Source of the DNA: Alphaproteobacteria bacterium
Lineage (GTDB): Bacteria > Pseudomonadota > Alphaproteobacteria > MPNO01
Length of the DNA: 64,000 nucleotides
NCBI GenBank assembly: GCA_965248835.1
Contig: CBDFLJ010000002.1
Span: 2,304,001-2,368,000 of the forward strand
Direction: 5' to 3'
The notes beneath the pieces are model-generated. The model was given only the letters and a program-made list of their open reading frames with translations, ran no database searches and was not told the origin of the DNA. Both the position numbers and the translations under genes were made by a program. Below, in pieces: positions 1 through 10,740 of the stretch (position 1 is the stretch's first letter; every line of letters starts with the position of its first letter).

Positions 1-14
1 AAGTGTTCGTTTAG
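1..14 (+). CDS. 3' end of upstream gene, probably dehydrogenase E1 alpha subunit (partial)
   Basis: Frame reads ...VFV-TAG directly before E1 beta; inferred from operon context only. Confidence 0.3.
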
Positions 15-173
15 TCGGCCTGGCGTCCCGCGCGCGATCACAGAGCGCTGACGACAGGAATATCGGGCCAAACGAACAGACACGGCACAAATTACCCCGA
101 CAGGCGTGCCGCGGAAATCGCGGCCCGTCGGCCGCCACGGGGGCAGGACGGGGATAGAGGGAGGAAATCGATC

Positions 174-1187
<1,014 letters not shown>

Positions 1188-1199
1188 GGCGGGCCGGCG

Positions 1200-1436
1200 A
1201 TGACGGAGGTGCGCGTCCCCGAGGACATGTGGGACGCCACCAAGACGCCCGAGGCGGTGATCGTCAACTGGTACTACCGGGATCGCGCGACGGTCAAGGC
1301 GGGGGTGCCGCTGGTCGAGATCATGGTCGAGAAGACGCAGCTTGAAATCGTTTCGCCGGCAGCCGGCGTGCTGTCCATCCTCGCCCCACCGGAGACGGTG
1401 GTTACGCCGGGAACGGTCATCGCCCAGATCGGCTGA
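1200..1436 (+). CDS. Stand-alone lipoyl-domain (biotin/lipoyl carrier) protein
   Basis: 78 aa, LVEIMVEKTQLEIVSPAAGVL with the acceptor lysine. Confidence 0.85.
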   Translation: MTEVRVPEDMWDATKTPEAVIVNWYYRDRATVKAGVPLVEIMVEKTQLEIVSPAAGVLSILAPPETVVTPGTVIAQIG

Positions 1437-1437
1437 C

Positions 1438-2358
1438 ATGGACGGCGCGGCCACGAGGTTGTCGGCCCGACCGGTTGCGGCGGACGGAGACAGGGTCTTC
1501 TCCGCTTTCCCCCGCTGGCATTTCTGGGACGACCGCGCCGGCGGCGATCCCGAGGCCCGGCTAGGGCGCGACGCGGCGCTTGGCGAGGCAGTGGCACGAG
1601 CCGACTCACTGCCTACCTTCCGCCTTTGGCAGAACCAGCGCGCCCTGGTGGTAAGCCGGCGGGAGAGCCGCCTGCAACGGTTCGAGGCGGCCTCGCTGAG
1701 GCTCGCGCAGGAGGGCTGGCCAGTGCTGGTGCGCGACAGCGGCGGCGGTGCGGTGCCGCATGGCGAAGGAATACTCCACCTTTCGCTTGTGCTCCCCCGA
1801 AGCGACGCCCCGGCGTTCTCGATCGAGGCGCTTTACCGGGCGCTGTGCAAGCCGCTCCGAATTGCCCTGGGCGGCCTGGGTATCGAAACCGACCTCGGCG
1901 CGGTGCCTGGCGCTTTCTGCGATGGCCGCTTCAACCTCATCCATCGGGGCCGCAAGCTGGCCGGCACCGCGCAGCGGTGGCGGGGAGGACCGGCCGGGAC
2001 CGGCGTCATCGGGGGCTATGCCCTGGCTCACGCCCTCCTGGTCGTAGACCATGATCTCTCGGCGGCGAACGCCGCGCTCAACCGTTTCTATGCGCTTGTC
2101 GGGAGCGACCAGCGTGTCGATCCGCGCGCTTCGACCACCGTGCGCGCCTGTTTATGCGCCGGCGGGCGTCCCGTCGACCTGCCCCCCGGGAAGAGACTTA
2201 CCGATACCGTTCGCGCTGGCGTCGCCGCTGCAACAAAATTGATACTGGAGGGGCGGGAAGAAGGGTCCGATCGCGTCGATATGAGGCCGTGTCCCACAGC
2301 GTGGTGTGAGCCCTTAATTCATGATTTTCGGTACTGTGACGGTATCGTAGGATCGTAG
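1438..2358 (+). CDS. Lipoate-protein ligase A family protein (C-terminus runs into the inserted element)
   Basis: VRDSGGGAVPH, FCDGRFNL, RKLAGTAQRW motifs; last ~24 codons lie within the repeat starting at 2285. Confidence 0.85.
   Translation: MDGAATRLSARPVAADGDRVFSAFPRWHFWDDRAGGDPEARLGRDAALGEAVARADSLPTFRLWQNQRALVVSRRESRLQRFEAASLRLAQEGWPVLVRDSGGGAVPHGEGILHLSLVLPRSDAPAFSIEALYRALCKPLRIALGGLGIETDLGAVPGAFCDGRFNLIHRGRKLAGTAQRWRGGPAGTGVIGGYALAHALLVVDHDLSAANAALNRFYALVGSDQRVDPRASTTVRACLCAGGRPVDLPPGKRLTDTVRAGVAAATKLILEGREEGSDRVDMRPCPTAWCEPLIHDFRYCDGIVGS
2285..2307 (+). mobile_element. IS256-family-like terminal inverted repeat (left)
   Basis: ggccgtgtcccacagcgtggtgt matches the IS256 end at 35239-35261 (reverse complement) at 17/23 positions. 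Confidence 0.6.
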
Positions 2359-2661
2359 TGTCTCCCTGTATCACCGTGGTACTACAATGGCTTAGGGTCC
2401 CTGTCAATAGAGGATGGGACCGATTTGAATAACACAGATGTGGATCCTATGTCGCTGCATAGTTGCATTCAGGGAAGTGGGGAATGGAATTCGCCTTGGA
2501 ACATCCGTATGATCCTGATGGGCGAACAGGTGGGCCCTGTGAGCAACACAGAACCGGCACAATAGGTTCGTTTCTGTGAGGATTATCATAGGAATATGGA
2601 TGGCCATGCTTCCGAGATCGGGATCCAGTGTGTCGCAGCCCCTGCAAACCGTTTCGGGCGG

Positions 2662-3033
2662 ATGGCGACGATGAAGGAGGATGCCAGCGGGCGCCGCCAG
2701 CGCGCGGTGATGGCGACCGATGCGGAGTGGGAACGGATCGGCCGGGCGGCCGCGGCGAGCGGCATGGATCTGTCGCGCTTCGTGATCCATCGTGCGCTGG
2801 ATCGGGACCCTCTGCCGCCGGAGGTTCTGCGCCGGGCGGTGCGCGAGATGCTGGTGCTGTCCAGGCTGGAGGAGAGGCGGCTGCGCGAGGCCGGCGCCGG
2901 AGAGGCCTGGGAGGACGCCTGCGACGCGGTGGACGAATGGATCGACCGGGAGGGCATGCTGGACCGGCTGACCGATCCCGGCGCGGCGAACCGCTGGAAG
3001 GCGGCGGGGCCGGATGGGGAAGCCGGGCCGTGA
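2662..3033 (+). CDS. Ribbon-helix-helix / MobC-like protein 1
   Basis: RAVMATDAEWERIGRAAAASGMDLSRFV pattern; first gene of operon ending in relaxase. Confidence 0.7.
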   Translation: MATMKEDASGRRQRAVMATDAEWERIGRAAAASGMDLSRFVIHRALDRDPLPPEVLRRAVREMLVLSRLEERRLREAGAGEAWEDACDAVDEWIDREGMLDRLTDPGAANRWKAAGPDGEAGP

Positions 3034-3341
3034 CGGAGGAGGCGGGACGGCCCGGCAGGCGGCAGCGGAGCCTGCACTGCAACCCGGCGGAGCAAGCGAT
3101 GATCCGGGGGCGTGCGGCGGCGGCGGGGAAGACCGTGTCGCGCCATGTGCTGGCGCTTGCGCTCGCCGACGATCCGGACCGTCATCCCCTGGTGCTGAGG
3201 GAACAGGAACAGGCGGCGTTGCGGGACGGGGTCCGCGAGGTGCAGGCATTCGTGCAGGCTCTCCGGCGCGAGCTTCCGGGCGGCAGCGGGCTGAGCCTGC
3301 TGAGCGCGATCTCGGTCCTTGCACGGGAGCGGGCGGCATGA
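3030..3341 (+). CDS. Ribbon-helix-helix / MobC-like protein 2
   Basis: GTGA overlap with previous gene; RSLHCNPAEQAMIRGRAAAAGKTVSRHV. Confidence 0.7.
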   Translation: MTEEAGRPGRRQRSLHCNPAEQAMIRGRAAAAGKTVSRHVLALALADDPDRHPLVLREQEQAALRDGVREVQAFVQALRRELPGGSGLSLLSAISVLARERAA

Positions 3342-3826
3342 GACGAGCGCGGCGCGGCCGGAAGGCGAGCAAGCACATCTCGATCTCGGCGACGGACGCG
3401 GAATGGGAGACCGTTCGCCGCAACGCGGACCGGCGCGGTCTGTCGATCGCGCGCTACCTGGTGGGACTGGTGGAACGAGACGGTCCGGAAGAGGACGCGG
3501 GTCCAGCGCTGGCGCTCGCTGCGGACGAGCAGCGGGAGCTGCTGGAGGCGGTTCGGGAGGTTCGCGCGCTGATGCTGGAGGGGGAAGAAGCGGTTCCCCT
3601 GGTGCGCGACATGCAGGAGCGGATCGCGGTGCGGTTCGCCGCCTGGGCGTCTGCGATGGCCGGGTCGGGCCGCTCGGAAGAGCTGCGTGCGGCGCTCGCC
3701 TCGGTGCTGGGCGAGGACCGGGCCCGCATCGCCGCGGCCTCGGTCGTGCCCTCGGCCGCGAAGCGGGCGGACGTTCCGCAGGCCGGCGAAGGGAAGATGG
3801 ACACCCGCCAGGAACGGCTGTTGTGA
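3338..3826 (+). CDS. Ribbon-helix-helix / MobC-like protein 3
   Basis: ATGA overlap; HISISATDAEWETVRRNADRRGLSIARYL. Confidence 0.7.
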   Translation: MRRARRGRKASKHISISATDAEWETVRRNADRRGLSIARYLVGLVERDGPEEDAGPALALAADEQRELLEAVREVRALMLEGEEAVPLVRDMQERIAVRFAAWASAMAGSGRSEELRAALASVLGEDRARIAAASVVPSAAKRADVPQAGEGKMDTRQERLL

Positions 3827-3895
3827 GGCGGGCGCCATCTCTGCCGCCGACCTCCATGAATTGCAAGAGGTCGTCCACACGAGGGGAGGGGTAGC

Positions 3896-4585
3896 GTGAC
3901 TGCGGAGCGCGACGGCAAGAGTAGACGGACAGCGCAGCCGGACCTCCTGGCGAGCCTGCCGGAGGAGCGGCCGGCGCCCGGTATCGATCCGGCCGCGTTC
4001 GAGGAACTGCGGACCGCGGTGCAGGACATCGGGGAGCAATTGGCCGGGCTGAGGGAAGCGGCGTCCGCCGAACGGCAGGCGCGGGTGAGGCCGGAGGCGC
4101 TTGAGGCCTGGGGCGACCAACTCGTGACCCGGGTCGTCGAGGCTGGGCGGACAGCGGACGCGCCGGCGGCCGACGCGGCGGCCGCTGTAGCATTCCATAC
4201 CGGAAGGATCGAGGAAGCGGCGGCGAAGGCGGCGGCGGCAGAGCGCATCGATGGGGGGCTGGAAAGCACCGCGGACCGGTTCGCGGCCGCGGTCAAGGGG
4301 ATGGAGGAACGGCTTGCGGCAGACCGTTCGACGATCCGCGCGACCGCGGCGGGGATCGAGAGCGCCGTAACCAGGATCGAGACGGGACTCGGGAAGATGC
4401 GCGACGACACCAGCCGGGCGTCCGGTCGGGCCGATCGGAATCTCGAAGATATCCGGACACGCATGGCCGGGCTGCGGTTCGGCTGGCGGGCGTTTCTTGC
4501 GCCCTGGATCGTCTTCGTATTCATCCTGGGCATGGCGTTCGAGAGCCGTACACTTCTCCTCTACCGATGGCTGTGGGCCAGTTGA
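3896..4585 (+). CDS. Coiled-coil protein with C-terminal transmembrane segment (mobilisation accessory)
   Basis: GAGGGG RBS, Ala/Glu-rich helices, hydrophobic C-terminus; conserved in second copy. Confidence 0.7.
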   Translation: MTAERDGKSRRTAQPDLLASLPEERPAPGIDPAAFEELRTAVQDIGEQLAGLREAASAERQARVRPEALEAWGDQLVTRVVEAGRTADAPAADAAAAVAFHTGRIEEAAAKAAAAERIDGGLESTADRFAAAVKGMEERLAADRSTIRATAAGIESAVTRIETGLGKMRDDTSRASGRADRNLEDIRTRMAGLRFGWRAFLAPWIVFVFILGMAFESRTLLLYRWLWAS

Positions 4586-4651
4586 GCCGGCGGCGTTCCC
4601 CGTCTCGGCCTCTGCGGCGCACCGGCGCGGCCGTCGGCGAGGCCTGACCCG

Positions 4652-5500
4652 ATGGTCGCGACGGTCGTGGAGCTTCGTTCGTCCGCCGTGGCGGTGTTCT
4701 ATTACGAGCGCGACGGCTACTACGCCAGGAACGACCCTGAGCACCGCCAGGCGAGCTTCTGGCACGGTGATGCGGCGAAGGCGCTGGGGCTCAGGGCCCA
4801 TGTGCGTCCATCGCGCTTCGCATCGGTGCTGTCGGGCTACGTGCCCGGGACGGATCTCCGTCTCGGTCGGATGCGCGAGGGGCAGCACGACCACCGGCCC
4901 GGCTGGGACATCACCTTCTCGGCACCGAAGTCGGTGTCGCTGGAGGCGCTGGTGATGGGCGACCGGCGCGTGATCCGGGCTCATGACGAGGCGGTGCGCG
5001 CGACGCTCGACTGGGTGGAGGCGGAGCTTCTGGAGACCCGGGGCTGGGACCCGGCGACCCGCCGCCGTCCCCGGGTGAAGGCGAAGGGCATGGTGGTGGC
5101 GGGGTTCCGACATCTCGCGAGCCGCGACCAGGACCCGCAGCTGCACACCCATTGCGTGCTGGCCAACATGACGCGCACTGCCTCGGGGGGATGGCGGAGC
5201 GTGGAGCCGACGAAGATCCGTCGCCGCGAGAAGCTGATCGGCGCGTATTACCGGAACGAGCTCGCGCGGCGTCTTCAGGCGCTCGGCATGGCTGTCTCGC
5301 CGACCCTTGTGGGCAGGGTCCCGGGGTTCGAGCTTGCGGGCTACGAGCGCTCCTTCCTGGACGCGTTCTCGGGCCGGCGCCGCGAGATCCTCGCGCATCT
5401 GGAGCGTCTGGGGCTGCCCTACACGGCGGCGCATGCGCAGATGGCGGCGCTGCACACGCGCCGGCGCAAGGAGGACAGGACTCTCGCGGACCTCGTGCCG
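4652..5500 (+). pseudogene. MobF (TrwC/TraI-like) relaxase, truncated after the relaxase domain
   Basis: YY..YY tyrosines, DITFSAPKSVS, HUH motif H...DPQLHTH; homology with second copy stops at 5500. Confidence 0.88.
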
Positions 5501-6120
5501 CAACGGCGAGACGATCGCGCGGGCGGAGGCGCTCTCCGGGCAGGCGGAGCTGCCGGCGCGCACGCAGGAGCTTGTCGCTACGTGGCTCGAATATCATGCC
5601 AGGTGCGAACCGATCTGCCAGCAGATCCGGGACTGGCCCGCGCGGGTGGACGCACTGACGGCAGACTACCCCGAACCTCCCGCGAGGCTCGACTCCCTGA
5701 GGCACTGGCGGCAGCGGGCGGAGCCCCTGCTTGCCGAGGCCCGCGCGATGCTGGTGAAGGACGGCCCTCACGCGCGTCATCTGGACGCCATGCCGGGCGA
5801 ACGCGAGGCGCTGGCGGAGGGAACAAGCCGCCTCGACCGGGCGCTGCTTGCGGTCGAGGCGAGGGAGATGATCCTGCTGTCTGCGGTCGTGCAACGGTCG
5901 GCGGAGGAGACGGGTGGGATCGCCTTCGACGCGAGCGGCTATTCCGGGCTGATGGACCGGGCGCGCGCGCTCGATGCCAGGACCCATCTGCCGGAGGGTC
6001 CGCGCAACACGGTCCAGGACATTCTTGCCAGGGACGCACGCTGGGCGCGGGACCGGGACCGGGTCGGCGCATTCCTCGAGCGGGCCGCGGAGGTCGGGCG
6101 TGCGCGGAACGTTCGGACCG
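5501..6120 (+). pseudogene. Internal fragment of a helical protein, probably distal part of a large relaxase
   Basis: Open frame NGETIARAEAL...GAFLERAAEV with protein-like composition, no start, different frame from relaxase. Confidence 0.45.
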
Positions 6121-7701
6121 AGCCTGTATCCTCTGCTCCCCGAGAAGTTCCTTCACCTCGCGCAGCATGGTCGTCTTGCCGCTGCCGGCATGGCCCTGCA
6201 CGCCGATCACGAGGTCGTCCGACAGCAGCACCGTGCGGACCGCCCCCCTCTGGCCCCGGGTGAGACGCGACGCCCCGAGCCGCACCTCGACGGCATCTGC
6301 GCCGGCCAGCGCCAATCCCTTGCCGCGCCCCGCTCGCATCGACGCCAGCACGCTGCGCTCCGCGCGCACCGCCCGGTCGGTGACGAAGGCCCGGTCCATC
6401 CCCCGGCGTTCCGCCTCGATGAGCTCGCCGCCGCGCACAAGCCGTGCGATCGCCGCGTCGACCTCGGCCAGCGTGTAGCGCCCCGGTGCATGGCCCAGCG
6501 CCACCGCCCGGATCTCGGCCTCCGGGATCGCCGTGCGCCTCTCCGCAACATGCGCCACCGCCCGCGCCACCGCCTCAAGAACGCCCAGCTCCGGCTCCGG
6601 CGACAACGCCGCCGGCGCCCGAGAGCGAGAGCGCGTGGGGGGCGTTCCCGCCCATTCGGCAACGCCATCGCGGGGCAGCCTCGGCAGCGCCGGCGCGCGC
6701 TTGAGACCGCGGACCTCGTTGGGCGGCATGTCCGGCGCGGGCACGCGCGGCGATCTCACCCGCTCGCCGGTCAGCGGGTCGAGGGGCCGGGACGGCGTGA
6801 GAACCATTCTCTCCCGGACCGGCCCGAGCGCCCGTGCCCGCGCGCGCCATTCCGGCACGAGGTCCGCGAGAGTCCTGTCCTCCTTGCGCCGGCGCGTGTG
6901 CAGCGCCGCCATCTGCGCATGCGCCGCCGTGTAGGGCAGCCCCAGACGCTCCAGATGCGCGAGGATCTCGCGGCGCCGGCCCGAGAACGCGTCCAGGAAG
7001 GAGCGCTCGTAGCCCGCAAGCTCGAACCCCGGGACCCTGCCCACAAGGGTCGGCGAGACAGCCATGCCGAGCGCCTGAAGACGCCGCGCGAGCTCGTTCC
7101 GGTAATACGCGCCGATCAGCTTCTCGCTGCGACGGATCTTCGTCGGCTCCACGCTCCGCCATCCCCCCGAGGCAGTGCGCGTCATGTTGGCCAGCACGCA
7201 ATGGGTGTGCAGCTGCGGGTCCTGGTCGCGGCTCGCGAGATGTCGGAACCCCGCCACCACCATGCCCTTCGCCTTCACCCGGGGACGGCGGCGGGTCGCC
7301 GGGTCCCAGCCCCGGGTCTCCACAAGCTCCGCCTCCACCCAGTCGAGCGTCGCGCGCACCGCCTCGTCATGAGCCCGGATCACGCGGCGGTCGCCCATCA
7401 CCAGCGCCTCCAGCGACACCGACTTCGGTGCCGAGAAGGTGATGTCCCAGCCGGGCCGGTGGTCGTGCTGCCCCTCGCGCATCCGACCGAGACGGAGATC
7501 CGTCCCGGGCACGTAGCCCGACAGCACCGATGCGAAGCGCGATGGATGCACATGGGCCCTGAGCCCCAGCGCCTTCGCCGCATCACCGTGCCAGAAGCTC
7601 GCCTGGCGGTGCTCAGGGTCGTTCCTGGCGTAGTAGCCGTCGCGCTCGTAATAGAACACCGCCACGGCGGACGAACGAAGCTCCACGACCGTCGCGACCA
7701 T
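6121..7701 (-). pseudogene. MobF relaxase second copy, truncated just after helicase Walker A
   Basis: Same relaxase motifs plus IGVQGHAGSGKTT; sequence then switches to the antisense of the spacer. Confidence 0.88.
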
Positions 7702-7767
7702 CGGGTCAGGCCTCGCCGACGGCCGCGCCGGTGCGCCGCAGAGGCCGAGACGGGGAACGCCGCCGGC

Positions 7768-8442
7768 TCAACTGGCCCACAGCCATCGGTAGAGGAGAAG
7801 TGTACGGCTCTCGAACGCCATGCCCAGGATGAATACGAAGACGATCCAGGGCGCAAGAACCGCCCGCCAGCCGAACCGCAGCCCGGCCATGCGTGTCCGG
7901 ATGTCTTCGAGATACCGATCGGCCCGACCGGACTCCCGGCTGGTGTCGTCGCGCATCGTCCCGAGTCCCGTCTCGATCCTGGTTACGGCGCTCTCGATCC
8001 CCGCCGCGGTCGCGCGGATCGTCGAACGGTCTTCCGCAAGCCGTTCCTCCATCCCCTTGACCTCGGCCGCGAACCGGTCCGCGGTGCTTTCCAGCCCCCC
8101 ATCGATGCGCTCTGCCGCCGCCGCCGCCTTCGCCGCCGCTTCCTCGATCCTTCCGGTATGGAATGCTACAGCGGCCGCCGCGTCGTCCGCCGGCGCGTCC
8201 GCTGTCCGCCCAGCCTCGACGACCCGGGTCACGAGTTGGTCGCCCCAGGCCTCAAGCGCCTGCCGTTCGCCGGACGCCGCTTCCCTCAGCCCGGCCAATC
8301 GCTCCCCGATGTCCTGCACCGCGGTCCGCAGTTCCTCGAACGCGGCCGGATCGATACCGGGCGCCGGCCGCTCCTCCGGCAGGCTCGCCAGGAGGTCCGG
8401 CTGGGCTGTGTGTCTACTCTTGCCGTCGCGCTCCGCAGTCAC
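7768..8442 (-). CDS. Coiled-coil/TM mobilisation accessory protein (copy 2)
   Basis: Near-identical to 3896-4585. Confidence 0.7.
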   Translation of the reverse strand: MTAERDGKSRHTAQPDLLASLPEERPAPGIDPAAFEELRTAVQDIGERLAGLREAASGERQALEAWGDQLVTRVVEAGRTADAPADDAAAAVAFHTGRIEEAAAKAAAAAERIDGGLESTADRFAAEVKGMEERLAEDRSTIRATAAGIESAVTRIETGLGTMRDDTSRESGRADRYLEDIRTRMAGLRFGWRAVLAPWIVFVFILGMAFESRTLLLYRWLWAS

Positions 8443-8511
8443 GCTACCCCTCCCCTCGTGTGGACGACCTCGTGCAATTCATGGAGGTCGGCGGCGGAGA
8501 TGGCGCCCGCC

Positions 8512-9000
8512 TTACAACAGCCGGTCCTGGCGGGTGTCCATCTTCCCCTCGCCGGCCTGCGGAACGTCCGCCCGCTTCGCGGCCGAGGGCACGACCGAGG
8601 CCGCGGCGATGCGGGCCCGGTCCTCGCCCAGCACCGAGGCGAGCGCCGCACGCAGCTCTTCCGAGCGGCCCGACCCGGCCATCGCAGACGCCCAGGCGGC
8701 GAACTGCACCGCGATCCGCTCCTGCATGTCGCGTACCAGGGGAACCGCTTCTTCCCCCTCCAGCATCAGCGCGCGAACCTCCCGAACCGCCTCCAGCAGC
8801 TCCCGCTGCTCGTCCGCAGCGAGCGCCAGCGCTGGACCCGCGTCCTCTTCCGGACCGTCTTGTTCCACCAGCCCCACCAGGTAGCGCGCGATCGACAGAC
8901 CGCGCCGGTCCGCGTTGCGGCGAACGGTCTCCCATTCCGCGTCCGTCGCCGAGATCGAGATGTGCTTGCTCGCCTTCCGGCCGCGCCGCGCTCGTCTCAT
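8512..9000 (-). CDS. RHH/MobC-like protein 3 (copy 2)
   Basis: Near-identical to 3338-3826. Confidence 0.7.
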   Translation of the reverse strand: MRRARRGRKASKHISISATDAEWETVRRNADRRGLSIARYLVGLVEQDGPEEDAGPALALAADEQRELLEAVREVRALMLEGEEAVPLVRDMQERIAVQFAAWASAMAGSGRSEELRAALASVLGEDRARIAAASVVPSAAKRADVPQAGEGKMDTRQDRLL

Positions 9001-9308
9001 GCCGCCCGCTCCCGTGCAAGGACCGAGATCGCGCTCAGCAGGCTCAGCCCGCTGCCGCCCGGAAGCTCGCGCCGGAGAGCCTGCACGAATGCCTGCACCT
9101 CGCGGACCCCGTCCCGCAACGCCGCCTGTTCCTGTTCCCTCAGCACCAGGGGATGACGGTCCGGATCGTCGGCGAGCGCAAGCGCCAGCACATGGCGCGA
9201 CACGGTCTTCCCCGCCGCCGCCGCACGCCCCCGGATCATCGCTTGCTCCGCCGGGTTGCAGTGCAGGCTCCGCTGCCGCCTGCCGGGCCGTCCCGCCTCC
9301 TCCGTCAC
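8997..9308 (-). CDS. RHH/MobC-like protein 2 (copy 2)
   Basis: Same protein as 3030-3341. Confidence 0.7.
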   Translation of the reverse strand: MTEEAGRPGRRQRSLHCNPAEQAMIRGRAAAAGKTVSRHVLALALADDPDRHPLVLREQEQAALRDGVREVQAFVQALRRELPGGSGLSLLSAISVLARERAA

Positions 9309-9676
9309 GGCCCGGCTTCCCCATCCGGCCCCGCCGCCTTCCAGCGGTTCGCCGCGCCGGGATCGGTCAGCCGGTCCAGCATGCCCTCCCGGTCGATCCA
9401 TTCGTCCACCGCGTCGCAGGCGTTCTCCCACGCCTCTCCGGCGCCGGCCTCGCGCAGCCGCCTCTCCTCCAGCCTGGACAGCACCAGCAGCTCGCGCACC
9501 GCCCGGCGCAGAACCTCCGGCGGCAGAGGGTCCCGATCCAGCGCACGATGGATCACGAAGCGCGACAGATCCATGCCGCTCGCCGTTGCCGCCCGGCCGA
9601 TCCGTTCCCACTCCGCATCGGTCGCCATCACCGCGCGCTGGCGGCGCCCGCTGGCATCCTCCTTCATCGTCGCCAT
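9305..9676 (-). CDS. RHH/MobC-like protein 1 (copy 2)
   Basis: Near-identical to 2662-3033. Confidence 0.7.
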   Translation of the reverse strand: MATMKEDASGRRQRAVMATDAEWERIGRAATASGMDLSRFVIHRALDRDPLPPEVLRRAVRELLVLSRLEERRLREAGAGEAWENACDAVDEWIDREGMLDRLTDPGAANRWKAAGPDGEAGP

Positions 9677-10031
9677 CCGCCCGAAACGGATTGCAGCAGT
9701 TGCGACACACCGGATCCCGAGTTCGGAGATATATCCATCGATATTCCTATGATAATCCTCACAGAGACGAACGTATTGTGCCGGTTCTGTGTTGCTCACA
9801 GGGCCAACCTGTTCCTCCATCAGGATCATACGGATGTTCCAGGGAGAATTCCATATCCCACTTCCCCGAATGCAATTCCTTAGCGACACAGGATCCACAT
9901 CTGTGTTATTCAAATCGGCCCCTGTCCTCTATTGACAGGGACCCTAAGCCATTGTAGTACCACAGTGATACAGGGAGACACTACGACCCTACAGCACCAT
10001 CCCAGTACCGAAAATCGTGAATTTAGGGCTC

Positions 10032-10054
10032 ACACCACGCCGGGGAACACAACC
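10032..10054 (-). mobile_element. IS256-family-like terminal inverted repeat (right)
   Basis: acaccacgccggggaacacaacc matches the IS256 end acaccacgtctggggacacaacc (35239-35261) at 20/23 positions. Confidence 0.65.
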
Positions 10055-10134
10055 GGCCGCGTGAGCGCGACCCGGGCATTGCCCCCCCTTCAACACCCTC
10101 GATCTGATGGGTTATTCTTCTTAGCGTTCGCGTT

Positions 10135-10473
10135 ATGGTTGATTTGATGGGAGGATTCGAAGTGGAGACGAGAGCCATCCGGTTTACGCCGGCCTACCGG
10201 CGAGCTTTTTTTGACTCGTGCTGGCGACCCGCGCGTTCGATCGGAGTGACCTGGGGCGGCCTCATTATTGGTATGCTGCGGCAGCGACACAATCGGTACG
10301 GCTGGGAGGCGGACCGGACCCAGCAAGCCAATCTCGACTACGCGACCGGGAACTACTGGGAACGGCTCGAGGACGCCCAAGCAGCTATATTGCGGGCTGC
10401 TGAAGCCTCGGCGCGAGCCCGGACAAACTCCGAAACGCCTGCGAAACGCTCGGCCCTACGCTACGCGGCATAG
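10135..10473 (+). CDS. Hypothetical protein
   Basis: 112 aa ORF with possible GGGAGG RBS before GTG; no recognisable motif. Confidence 0.35.
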   Translation: MVDLMGGFEVETRAIRFTPAYRRAFFDSCWRPARSIGVTWGGLIIGMLRQRHNRYGWEADRTQQANLDYATGNYWERLEDAQAAILRAAEASARARTNSETPAKRSALRYAA

Positions 10474-10607
10474 CGGAACCGCTGTGTTTGGCCCCGAAGA
10501 ACGGGGCCGACACGGTGCGCAAATGGGAAACCGGGCGGCTCGATCCGTCCGGACCCATCCCGCTGATCTACCGCGAGCTTCGCACCGGCTGGCGGCCCAG
10601 CCCATAG
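10414..10607 (+). pseudogene. Degenerate XRE/HTH DNA-binding protein
   Basis: Unlisted frame reads SPDKLRNACETLGPTLRGIAEPLCL..ADTVRKWETGRLDPSGP; no start codon. Confidence 0.5.
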
Positions 10608-10740
10608 AGTCGGGGTTTGAGCGATAATCGCCCCTAGATCCGACGTGCACGACGCAGGAACGCCGAAGGAGCCCTTGTGGGGGTGTGTTGGGGTAGCGAA
10701 GCTCAATGTGGTCTCTCTTGACGCGGCGTGGACGCGCGGA

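Larger units (their letters stand above)
2285..5500 (+). repeat. Left arm of ~3.2 kb inverted duplication (mobilisation module)
   Basis: Reverse complement of 6853-10054, with scattered SNPs, a 15 bp and a 3 bp indel. Confidence 0.95.
6853..10054 (-). repeat. Right arm of inverted duplication
   Basis: Reverse complement of 2285-5500. Confidence 0.95.

Noticed and set aside
2395-2415. tgtcaatag resembles the R388 nic region
   Set aside because: Too short, and it also reads as a TTGACA -35 box on the other strand; the nic site cannot be assigned by eye.
5974-9156. 1060 aa plus-strand ORF and other long Arg/Pro/Ala-rich ORFs (e.g. 3182-5563, 8163-9752, 12466-14256)
   Set aside because: Antisense or alternative-frame shadows of real genes in high-GC DNA; no motifs.
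10041-10050. cggggaacac resembles the end of a type I-E CRISPR repeat
   Set aside because: Single 10 bp match with no array or cas genes; better explained as part of the IS256-like terminal repeat.
2285-10054. Fold-back (palindromic read) artefact as the cause of the inverted duplication
   Set aside because: The arms differ by many substitutions and in-frame indels, unlike a read fold-back; collapse of two separate loci is still not excluded.
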